Origin: Anthoceros angustus
Taxonomy: Eukaryota > Plantae > Anthocerotophyta
Direction: 5' to 3'
Assembly: GCA_010909165.1 (NCBI GenBank)
Contig: VJWM01000297.1
Coordinates: forward strand, 1-64,000
DNA length: 64,000 bases
The first letter of the stretch is position 1. Every line of letters starts with the position of its first letter. Positions 40,173 to 50,527 of the stretch are shown piece after piece. Both the position numbers and the translations under genes were made by a program. The notes under the pieces were generated by a model that was not told the DNA's origin, made no database searches, and worked only from the letters and a program-made list of their open reading frames with translations.

Positions 40173-40674
40173 TATGTTGGTTGTAGGCTGTAGAGTGAAC
40201 TTCAGTTTCATATGAAACTTGGAGACTCGATGAATCAAGTTATAGAATCAGACACGTTGAATCCAGCCATGTGTACTTGGTGGAAAGTTCTTGTCGAGAG
40301 CTACACGACGGTATCAACTTTCATGTAATAGCAAACCTTTAGAAATCCGTATCTCCCTCCAGATGAAACAAAATTCAAGCTATGTGTACTTATTGGAAAG
40401 ACCTCGTCAAGAGCTACATCAAGGTATAACAACATATAGCATGGAACGTGTGTGGAGTGCACTACGAATACTAGAAGATGGAGAACTCAAGTTGAAACTC
40501 AAATGGAGGCAAAACTTTACAAGACTCTAGTTGAAACGAAATTGAAGCCACATAGACTTGTTTCAAAGCCCTTTTGTGGAGCTACAGTATGTGTGTCCAA
40601 ATGGCTTAGGCCAAATGAATATACATTTATAAGAACGTGGTCATTAAGCATCCTGCGCTTGGATCCGTACTTAG

Positions 40675-43048
40675 ATGGGGTGCCTAAAGGGAATGGATGC
40701 CCTTGGTGCAAGTAGCTTAGGCATACCATGGTACAAGTTGTTAAGTACCAAGTCCCATGACGGAAATCCATCCATAGTGGACTTAAATAAAATTCTTCTT
40801 CTTCTTCTTCTACTCGCTGGGGTTGGAGTCATGCTCCTTCTGCCCAACATAAGGGCTGCTAGCTTGTCCCTTTAAACTTTCCCCTACACGATCTGCAGCC
40901 CTTGCACTTGGAACTGTAATGTCGTCAGGATCATGCTGAGAGATTGTGTCTATGGCACGGTCAACATCACTATCCTGCATATCGATATTGATGTTATGTA
41001 GTATACAACAGCAGAATGCCAGTTTGCCAACTTGCTTTGGATCTGGTGAAATTAGACATTTGTTCAAGATACGCCATGTACCTTATACAATAAGCCAAGG
41101 TAGTAATGGGAAACCCATCACCAATTATGTACTCGATTCCGTGAGGCCCCACAAGCATATCGATCCATGGAGTCGCCTGTCTTTACGCTAGTCGGTATAG
41201 GAATTACGAGAACTCGAATCGCTTACGCTCTTGGCCACATAGACTTGTTTTCAAAGCCCTTTGTGGAGCTACAGTATGTGTGTCCAAATGGCTTAGGCCA
41301 AATGAATATACATTTATAAGAACGTGGTCATTAAGCATCCTGCGCTTGGATCCGTACTTAGATGGGGTGCCTAAAGGGAATGGATGCCCTTGGTGCAAGT
41401 AGCTTAGGCATACCATGGTACAAGTTGTTAAGTACCAAGTCCCATGACGGAAATCCATCCATAGTGGACTTAAATAAAATTCTTCTTCTTCTTCTTCTAC
41501 TCGCTGGGGTTGGAGTCATGCTCCTTCTGCCCAACATAAGGGCTGCTAGCTTGTCCCTTTAAACTTTCCCCTACACGATCTGAGCACTCTTGAACCTAAA
41601 TGTCGTCGGGATCATCTTTGAGAGATTGTGTCTATGGTACTGGCCAACATCACTATATCGCATATCGATATTGATGTTATGTAGTATACAACAGCATAAT
41701 GCCAGTTTGCCAACTTGCTTTGGATCTGGTGAAATTAGACATTTGTTCAAGATACGCCATGTACCTTATACAATAAGCCAAGGTAGTAATGGGAAACCGG
41801 CATCACCAATTATGTACTCCTGGATTCTGTGAGGCCCCACAAGCATATCAGATCCATGGAGTCGCTACTTGTCTTCGCTAGCTCAGATAGTCGGAATTAC
41901 CGAGAACTCGAATCAAGTTCTTGGCCAGCCAGCATAGACATCAATGAAGAGCATGCTCATGTCGACAGTACCTTGAAGAGTGATGCTGTAATTCTTCATG
42001 TGGTTTAAGTAAATTTGAGGTCATACCAGAGGCAATTCTAGCTCAATGGGTGACATCAATAGCTCCTCCTGCACTTGGGCTGTAATGTCGTCGGGATCAT
42101 GCCGAGAGATTGTGTATACTGGCACGGTCAACATCACTATCCTGCATATCGATATTGATGTTATGTAGTATACAATGAGAATGCCGGTTGCCAACTTGCT
42201 TTGGATCCGTGAAATTAGACATTTGTTCAAGATATACGCCATGTACCTTATACAATAAGCCAAGGTAGTAATGGGAAACCCAAGATCACCAATTATGTAC
42301 TCGATTCCGTGAGGCCCCACAAGCATATCGATCCATGGAGTCGCCACTTGTCTTCATATCGGAATTACCGAGAACTCGAATCGCTTACGCTCTTGGCCAG
42401 CCAAAGATAGACATCAATGAAGAGCATGCTCATGTCGACAGTACCTTGAAGAGTGATGCTGTAATTCTTCATGTGGTTTAAGTAGGCTGTTGAGGTCATA
42501 CCTGTAGGCAATTCTAGCTCAATGTGGGTGACATCAATAGCTCCTCTGCAATTTGGTAATCCACGGTGATTCCGGAAACCCATCTCCACCTCACTTGCCT
42601 CGATACCTGTTGGCCACTTTAACCTTGTCTAAGGTGGTGTGGAGGTTTGTGTGGTCACTCACCTCTCACGCAGCCCACCATGTGAATAATTCAGCAACTA
42701 CTCTGAGAGAATCTCCAATCCCCATTCTAGTGAGAACCATAGCCACTTGTTTTCAACATGCAACTTACAATTTGGCAAGGTAATGAGACCTGGAGGAGGA
42801 CGTCTGGTCAAGTCAGGAGCAACAATACTACAGATGTAATTGAATGTGGTTGGGGAGACTTTGATCATCTCTTTCCATCGGTCAGGATCTCTATTTAGAA
42901 CAATTGTCATGAACTTTGCCCACCAATGAAGTGACTGTGGCTTGATGTAGTACATGCCTACCCTTCTCTGAGGCTTCCAGTACAATCGAGCTGCTATGCA
43001 TACCAGCAGCCACATTGTGGTGAGGAGGGTGTCCTCCTCATCTGCCAT
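40675..43048 (-). mobile_element. PIF/Harbinger (HARBI1-like, DDE_Tnp_4) transposase; its 3' ~0.7 kb is present three times
   Basis: RWKEMIKVSPTTFNYICSIV, GLPNCRGAIDVTHI, KNYSITLQGTVD, YIIGDLGFP, KLAFCCCILHN. The anchor gagattgtgt(c)tat occurs at ~40939, 41623 and 42106. Confidence 0.9.
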
Positions 43049-43596
43049 TCTCGTGGAGGAAGGAGAACAAAAATTTGCACATTGCGTAGGCAATAAGCTC
43101 GCTTGTAGATGTAGCTACGACGCTGTATGCTATGCGCTTGGGATTATGGCCACAACGGCCATCATAGCTGCGAGAATCGAGTGCCCTTGACGATCAGCCA
43201 AGATCGCGCTAACAGCGAAGAACCACTTGTAACACCATAATATTTGAAGCGGCTGAATATACAAACCCGCTTCCGCAGAAAAGGGACCAGTTTTCAAAAA
43301 CACCCGGTGGGCACCAAATTCCCACATAGAGTTGTTTTCTGTTTTTGAGTGATGGTTCATGATATCCCTACCCTAAGGCAGGTACGTATTCCACCGATAA
43401 TGCTTCTTAGGTATGGTTTAAATGCATCGGCATGCCGGCGCCTTGCGCCATTTCCATCGGAGCGTCTGTCATTCGCGGTACATGATTGACTGAAAAAAGG
43501 TATGATGCAATGAACTAATTATGTATGTAGTGAAAAGGCGCCTCGCGTCTCCTTCTTCCTTCACTATAAGGAAACACAAAACCTAGCACAAATACC

Positions 43597-46262
43597 CTAG
43601 CTTCCGAGTTCTTCAGATGATCGAGTCTCGGTGGGCACGACGGATATGCTATCCATCACCAATTCAATGCTTTTGAGACGGGCGTGCTCGGGGTCTTCGA
43701 AGTTGTCGTTCTCCATCATGGCATTTTCGGCATCCAAAGGATCAATAGGATTGCTTTCGGTGTTGTAGTCCGGATGCCACACTGCGCTCAAAGTTCTCTG
43801 TCCATCATCCAAGATTTCCCCCGTTTTCTCCTTCATTCTGTTGAACCCCAAAGGTACAACCTGCGCTTGGGAGACACCCTTCTCGGACAAGCTCAATTCC
43901 TTTGCCCAAAACTAGGCTGGTCCTCGTCAATGTGGCTCGTGATTCAACTCCTCCTCAGCGTCCGGGAGTACTTCATATCCATGAATCCGTTGTGGGATGA
44001 ATTCCGCGCAACGCTTGTCCAAATCCACTGCAATGCAATTTCGACCACAAAGCAACGCGCGATTTGTCGTTCGCTCCACACTGCGCATCTACAATCCGGT
44101 CCCCTCTTCGAGAAGTTTTGATCGACTTGAGCATCAACCCCAGTGGCCTCTGATACGCACACACAACTAGCTTGTCCAATGACATATATAGCTGCTTCTT
44201 CACGACGATGTGCCCAATATTTGCCACGACCATTGTTGAAAGAGCCATGGACGTTGTTAGGCAACATTGAAACCCTGCTTAATTTGCTGGTAGTGGTAAC
44301 ACCCCAGCCCATCGTGATGTACTCCATGATCATATCCACCACGATCATTATGCATATTGGTTTTGTCCCACACAAAGGAGACCATTCCTCCACCAATGCA
44401 CCACCGCATTGCCTCCCTTACAATATGCACTCTTCCACACCATGCATAACTATCATTCGATTTCTTGACTTGTCATATCATGGAAAGAGTGAAACACTGT
44501 ACCAATTTGTGTCTGATCCATCTTCACATCATGCTTCCCTTTGTGGAATCCTCTTGGCACATCCATAACCAGCAATGTATACTTCCCCATCCTTAGAAAT
44601 CCTCGCATGTCCAACACATCTCTTGCAACCACTTGGTATTTAACAATAAACCCCGTTGTTGGCACAGTGAATGTCTGTAGGCCTTCCTCCATGTCCATGT
44701 CAGCCAGGGCTCTTTGTTCGTTCTCCAGACCTTTCAATGTGTGCACTTCAAGTATGAAAGCCTGGAAGTCTTGGCGATTTCTTGGATCTTCTACATCTTT
44801 CACTTGCTACACACAACACAGGTTAGGTGGTTAGTGCACAACAAGCTTGTCCGAAAAAATGCAGCGGGGAGGGCGCCGGCATGCCGGCGCCCTCCCCACC
44901 CCTACTTCCTTCTAAAGCCTCAATTCCAACATGAGGAATGGAGAGGGCGCCGGCATGCCGGCGCCCACATCGTTCCTACTTCCTGTACTAAAGAAGAGAT
45001 ATACCTTCCCATCGAACGCTGTTTGAAACCTTGCAATGACATCGTCCGAAGAGTGCATAGGGTATTCCTGCCGCACCATGTCGAAAGAGTCGCATCCTAA
45101 ATGCTTTGCCATAGCCACTTGTATGACATGAAGTTTCTTCCATAGAGTGAGCTCCTTCGACATACCATTGAGGTCAAGCAAACCTGTCAAAACCTTTTCC
45201 GTCACATTGATGAGCATTTTTGTCCAGTCTCACGGTGGAATTCCTTGAAGCTGCCATGGTTTCCCCTGCATCTCTTTCGGCTTCACGAAAACGCTTTCAA
45301 CCATCTTCACCTCCTCTCCAACTTTGCGTTTGCCCTTGCTCTTCTTCTTTGGTGCATTGCAACATGTTTGGCTTGTTAAGCTCCATCGCCTCCCACTTTG
45401 AAAAGATATTGTCGACATTTCTCCAAACCTTTCCCTCCAGTTTCGCAATGCATAGGATATGTGTCCTGTTGTCCACTTTGTTCTGCTTATACTGTTCATC
45501 TTCCCGGCCTTCGTCATCCTCGATCAGCCCTAACACCTTGTACAAATTGAACTTCCAGTTCATGCTCATTGTCACTCCGTCACGCTTTGCTATCTGCAGT
45601 TCATCTTTGAGGTATCTGACGTGCTCGATAAAGTTCATCTTCTTCCTTTTGTCCGACATTGTGTTGTGGTCAGTTGCCAATACTCGCATCTCCTGAAGAG
45701 TAAGCCCACAGTAAACATGAGCCTCCATCCATTGGAACCTTGCTTTCCCCGGAGAAATGTCACCAAGTTGCTTCATAGCGGCGTATGTGTGATTGCCTCC
45801 CAGCACTCCCATAATATATTTTTTTGCCCTGAACTTCGTCCAATCAAGTTTTTCGATATCCCTGCAGTCATACATAGTAGTGGCAGAACACCTTCTTCAA
45901 TCCGACCTTTCGAGATGACTCGAGCTAAATAGTTTGTCCATGCCTCATCTACTTGCCGAATCTGAGCATCTGGAGTGAGGAACGAAGCAGGCCTCAAATT
46001 CTCCAGCTTCACAAGGCATCTCGAGGCACCTTCTTCGCATGGCGATTCCGGACTTTTGCAAGTAATCCTCGTCCATCATGGAGGCCTCCAGTCTTTCTCC
46101 ATCAGTTAACACATGCAATGTTGGAATATCACTTCGGAAGCCACAGCAGCGCGACTTTTTCTTGCTTGAACCCTCGGCAGTGTCCACGCTTTGAGATCTG
46201 CTATTTCCACCCCCAGCCCCGAGGCTTATACTCGTTCGCTTACTCTTCAACCCTGATGCCAC
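43597..46262 (-). CDS. ParB-like domain fused to a beta-class N4-cytosine/N6-adenine DNA methyltransferase (N6_N4_Mtase-like); two exons, frameshifted as assembled
   Basis: N-half: LENLRP...QIRQVDEAWTNYLARVISKG...PLL...YIMGVLGGNHTYAAMKQL. A phase-0 GT-AG intron spans 44807-45004. C-half: YTLLVMDVPRG (motif IV-like, 44549-44563), SFVWDKTN, YQRPLGLM...GDRIVDAQCGA (motif X/I, ~44072-44152), TTNRALLCGRNCIAVDLD. About 820 codons after restoring roughly ten 1-2 nt indels. Confidence 0.75.
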
Positions 46263-46286
46263 TTATTCATAAGAACGCGAGGCACT

Positions 46287-46600
46287 GCCGGCATGCCGCC
46301 CCTCCTCATCGACCGCACCTTCACGGCGCATGCCGCGCCCTCCTCATCGACATTTCCACGGGCGCCGGCATGCCGGCGCCACTCTTCATCAACGGTGCAC
46401 CTTCGCGGGCGCCGGCATGCCGGCGCCGTCTTCATCACCGGTGCACCTTCACGGGCGCCGGCATGCCGGCGCCGTCTTCACGGCGCCGGCATGCGGCGCC
46501 GTCTTCATCGGCCGGTGCACCTTCACGGGCGCCGGCATGCCGGCGCCCCTCCTCATCACCATGTGGACCTTCACGGGCGCTGGCATGCCGGCGCCCCTCC
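46287..46600. repeat. Array of ~8 copies of the palindrome GGCGCCGGCATGCCGGCGCC with a ~40-48 bp period
   Basis: Directly visible. Further copies lie at ~43428-43441, ~44873-44892 and ~44946-44966. Confidence 0.95.
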
Positions 46601-46643
46601 TCATCAACCTGAGTACCAGTGGTTGTGATATCGATTGTAGTTC

Positions 46644-46724
46644 CATGGACTCACCTGGTGAGTCTTTCACATGCATGGACTCAGCCGGTGAGCCTTACAC
46701 ATGCCTGGACTCACTCCGTGAGTT
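46644..46724. repeat. Three 30-bp tandem repeats containing the palindrome GACTCACC-T-GGTGAGTC
   Basis: catggactcacctggtgagtc / catggactcagccggtgagcc / cctggactcactccgtgagtt. Confidence 0.85.
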
Positions 46725-46943
46725 GTAGTCATCCCAGGACCTGAGCCGTGAAAGGTGCCGATCATTTTGTCCTGTATGGAACCATGGGGTGGGTTAAAAA
46801 CGGGGCAGTATTTTATTAACAGCACTGTAGCACAATAGTTTTTTGCAGTTTTTCTATTTCCATAACAAGACATCTTGTATCACAAACTGCCAACTGCGAC
46901 CGCTCTGTTTGTTTTTTCCTTGTAAAAGGCTATTGAGAAGCAA

Positions 46944-47205
46944 GTTAGTAGGTAGCAGTACTTAAAACGGGTACCTTTCGTTTTGGCGGTGAAAGGTCCC
47001 AATTTAAGCACGATGTTAGTAAGTAGCAATACTTATCAGGTACCTTTCGTTTTAACGATGACAGGTCCCGATTTAAGCATGACGCAAGCAACGTATGGCA
47101 ATAATGATGCTTGTCACATCCTTTCACAATAAGTTAGTAGGTAGCAGTTCTTAATAGGGACCTTTTGTTTTGTGGCGGTGGAAAGTCCCGATTTAAGTAC
47201 GATGT
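46944..47205. repeat. Three ~70-bp repeats, each containing an imperfect hairpin
   Basis: gttagtaggtagcag...gggtacctttc-gttttggcggt-gaaaggtccc-aatttaagc starts at ~46944, 47015 and 47133. Confidence 0.85.
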
Positions 47206-47916
47206 AAGCAACATTGGTGGTAATGATGCTTGTTGCCGCAAATTCAAGCAACATGTATATTTCTTTTCGTACATGGAAAGTATGCAAAGCAATTTCTACC
47301 AAATTCGTTTTGATGCACATGGAAAGTGGCTTTAATGACGATGACAAGTTTATCTCTTCCTCACCCTACATCTTTTGGGAAGAAAGATTTATAGAGGAGA
47401 TGTACATGTAAACACTCTTTTAAAATGGTACATGTAAATACTATTTAGAATAGTGAAAGTAAATACTATTTTAGAATAGTTCATGTGGTCCTTTATCATA
47501 GATAGTAAGTTATATAAAATAGTATAGTGTATGTAATCCTCTACCATAAATAGTAAAGTATGTGTATGTGAAATACTATTATAATAATGTCTGCGTCGTA
47601 GAACTCAGGCCTTTTTTAAGGAGGTAGTATCCACCCATGTGTCTTGTAAATGTGCAGGGTTCACTAATACCTCGTTTCGAACCTGGAGGTACAAATACAT
47701 TCATGCCTCTTGTCTTTTTGCTCATGACGATTTTGTAACCTATATGTCTTGTGGAATTTTTTTTCTAGAGATTTGTTCTTATTCCAGGGCAAAGCATTTA
47801 AAAGAGCCCATGCAAGCCAAGCAAGATTATCATTAAAAGGTCGTTACAGCGAGCATAAAGGTTGTTAGGAATTTTTACCTTTGTATTAATTTTGGGGGAG
47901 CTTCATATTTAAAACT

Positions 47917-49205
47917 ATGATATATCTAAGTAGCCCATGTTACAGGCCCATGTTAGGGCTAGCAATCATTTTTGCTAGCCTTTTATTTGCAACAGCTAGC
48001 AACAATACTAATTATATCATGGACTGTCAATTTCATGGTTTATTTGCCTTTGGTGATTCACTAACGGATACCGGAAATGCTCAAACAATATTTCCATGGC
48101 AACATGCTGCATCCATATCTCCATATGGAGAAACTTATTTTGGTCGACCTGCAAATCGATTTTCAAACGGGAGGTTGGTAATTGATTTTATAGGTACTTA
48201 TCTATATATATTTTTATCATCATTTTTGCATTTATCAATTGATTTTATTTGTATGTGTTAGCTTTCTAACTTTCTACCTTGTTACCTTGTTTTGCAGCTC
48301 AAGCTTTGGGATTACCTTTTCTGAATCCATACCTAAGTAATATAGGAAATAATTTTCAATTTGGAGCAAATTTTGCTTTTTCTGGAGCTACTGCGACTAA
48401 TATCTCCTTTTTAGTACCTTTTCGCCTCAAGCAACAAGTGAATTGGTTGAAGCAATTTTATGTTGATGCACTTAGTCCATCAAATTATGAATCGGGGTGG
48501 ATTGGATCTTTTCCAAGGGAATCATATTTTTACAGGGGATTATACGTGGTCAATATTGGTAGCAATGATTATAATGCAGCACTACTCTTTCATAATTACT
48601 CTGAAAATGAGTTATTAATGATGATCCCCAACGTGGTTCAGGAAATTTTACTACGCTTGCGAGACTTGTATAACGTGGGAGCTAGAAATTTTATGGTTTT
48701 TAATATACCTCCCATCGGGTGTGCTGCAGAGTTTCTTTCAATGTCACCTACTGCTTCTACAGCATCTGCAGATTCTTATGATGCAAATGGTTGCTACATT
48801 CCTTACAACTCTCTATTGAGTATACATAACGATGAACTACGACGGGGAATTGAAACTTTACGGTCCGAACTTTATTTGGCAAAAATTGTCTATGTAGATT
48901 ACTATCAAGCAACGTATAATATATCTCGAGAATATGTACAATATGGTTTTACAGAAAGAATAGCCGCATGTTGTGGAGGAGGAGGAAAATGGAATTTTAG
49001 TCCAAATGCAACTTGTGGTTCAGTGAATGCGACAGTTTGTAATGATCCAAACCAATACATAAATTGGGATGGCATTCATCCTACACAAGCTTTCTATAAA
49101 ATAGTTGCAAGATCTATTTTAAAGGGTCAATTCATAGATCCTCCTAATGCTTTCACCGCTTGTAGTTTTGATTTTACCCAATTTGATGTTGTACCAACCC
49201 ACTAG
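47917..49205 (+). CDS. GDSL esterase/lipase, secreted; two exons (47917-48193, 48298-49205)
   Basis: Hydrophobic N-terminus, LFAFGDSLTDTGN, GRFSN-like RPANRFSNGRLVIDFI, GANFAFSGAT, IGSND, YINWDGIHPT. There is a single phase-1 intron. Confidence 0.95.
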
Positions 49206-49412
49206 GTTAGGATATCACAATCCAACCAATTTAATTTAATTGTTTTCATGTCTTTGAAGGGAAAAGGTCTAAAGTAGGGATGACAAGAATAAGGTCAAAG
49301 ATTAAGATTAGTTTGGGTGATTAGGGTAAACTACCCAATTAGTCACATGTTTTGACTAGGTCATTTGTATTTTTTTCGGTCGTGTTTATGGCTATAGCTT
49401 TGACAGAGCAAT

Positions 49413-49635
49413 CTTAGGATCCTAAGTACTACTAGTGATACTTTTTTTTATTTGTAATGGATATGATACTTAACTTGAGTGGCTCTCGTACTTTGTACTT
49501 TTTTTTATTTGTAATGGATATGATACTCACTTGTGCGGCTCTCTTACTTTGTTTTCTCTTCCGGTTCCGAGGATCCTAAGTGATACTAGTGATATTTTTT
49601 CTATTTGTAATGGATATAACACTTATTTGAGTGGC
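49413..49635. repeat. Three short AT-rich direct repeats, two preceded by a GGATCCTAAG...ACTAGT motif
   Basis: tttatttgtaatggatat...tg(a)gtggctct appears three times. The palindrome cttaggatcctaag lies at 49413-49426. Confidence 0.75.
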
Positions 49636-49845
49636 TCTTCACTTTTTCTCTTTCAACAACAACAACTAAGAGCCATCAGATGGAAGTCGTTTTTGATCGT
49701 TCCTGATAATCAATTTTTTATTGTACCTAATAATGGAACTGAAGATTATACCTATACTGCGACCAAATGTGCGAGTATAATTAAATCAAAAAATATTTAA
49801 TTAATATAACAAAATTAAATAAAATGAAAAGTGAAAAGGAAAACT

Positions 49846-50215
49846 TTACCAATTAGGAGTGCAAACGCGAGAGGGAAAAGCCACAGAACTAGATGCGAGA
49901 TAGAGCACTGGAAGTAAAAAGGTACATAGCCATCGCGGCAGAAGGAACTTGACTTTTGAGTAAAGCAAAAATCTCCGACCCATCCCCACAATTATCAGGT
50001 CAAACTCGTTAGACCTTCCGATTCGCTGAGCTGCTTGCACAGGGTCGTGGATGGATAACTCCTCGAATACCATAGATGGCGCTTCTGCACCGCTAGCACC
50101 TTGTGCTATCTCCTCCTGGACAACTGGCATAAGGAGCCTCGTGTTGCAACAAAAGAGGAAAGAGACTTGGTGTTGGGCTTAAGTCCTTTCACTGAGGCAG
50201 TACTCATCGGGCTCT
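49846..50215 (-). pseudogene. C-terminal fragment resembling a cation/H+ exchanger (CHX)
   Basis: PDEYCLSE...VFEELSIHDPVQAAQRIGRSNEFDLIIVGMGR...YLASSSV resembles the CHX tail. No transmembrane part is visible. Confidence 0.45.
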
Positions 50216-50527
50216 GAGCATAGCCTCAGTGTCCAGGCGTTTGTAGACAAATTACACCATCTATAAGCCCGCAGCAAGCTGAAAGAGCCAACAAATATAT
50301 CGATGATGATCGGAGGGCGCTGCTGGAAACCTTGCATATTTTGAGGGAGATTGACTTATTATCCGTAAGACATCCGGATCAGTCCTGTAACAAGGACCCT
50401 TTTCGGAATTTGCGGCTTACAAGGAGCCTGTATATGTCGTCCACGGGATTCCAGACTCTCTATGCAACCAAAAGTCCGGCCTTCGCTAACTAGCCATGAC
50501 AAAAATACTGCAACCCGAGAATTCCTC

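Noticed and set aside
43562-43574. CACTATAAGGAAA as a CACTA terminus for the MTase module
   Set aside because: The best partner (tatagtg near 47527) matches only 7 bp and the 3-bp flanks differ.
43597-46262. Bacterial or phage contamination as the source of the ParB-MTase
   Set aside because: The gene has a frame-preserving spliceosomal intron and is contiguous with plant transposons and genes. A chimeric contig still needs a read-level check.
46287-46600. CRISPR-like periodic array
   Set aside because: The context is eukaryotic, the spacers resemble each other (tcttcatcaccggtgcaccttcac variants), and there are no cas genes.
47214-47411. Possible ubiquitin-protease His-box remnant (..HGKW..NDDDK)
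   Set aside because: The match is too short and needs a frame switch.
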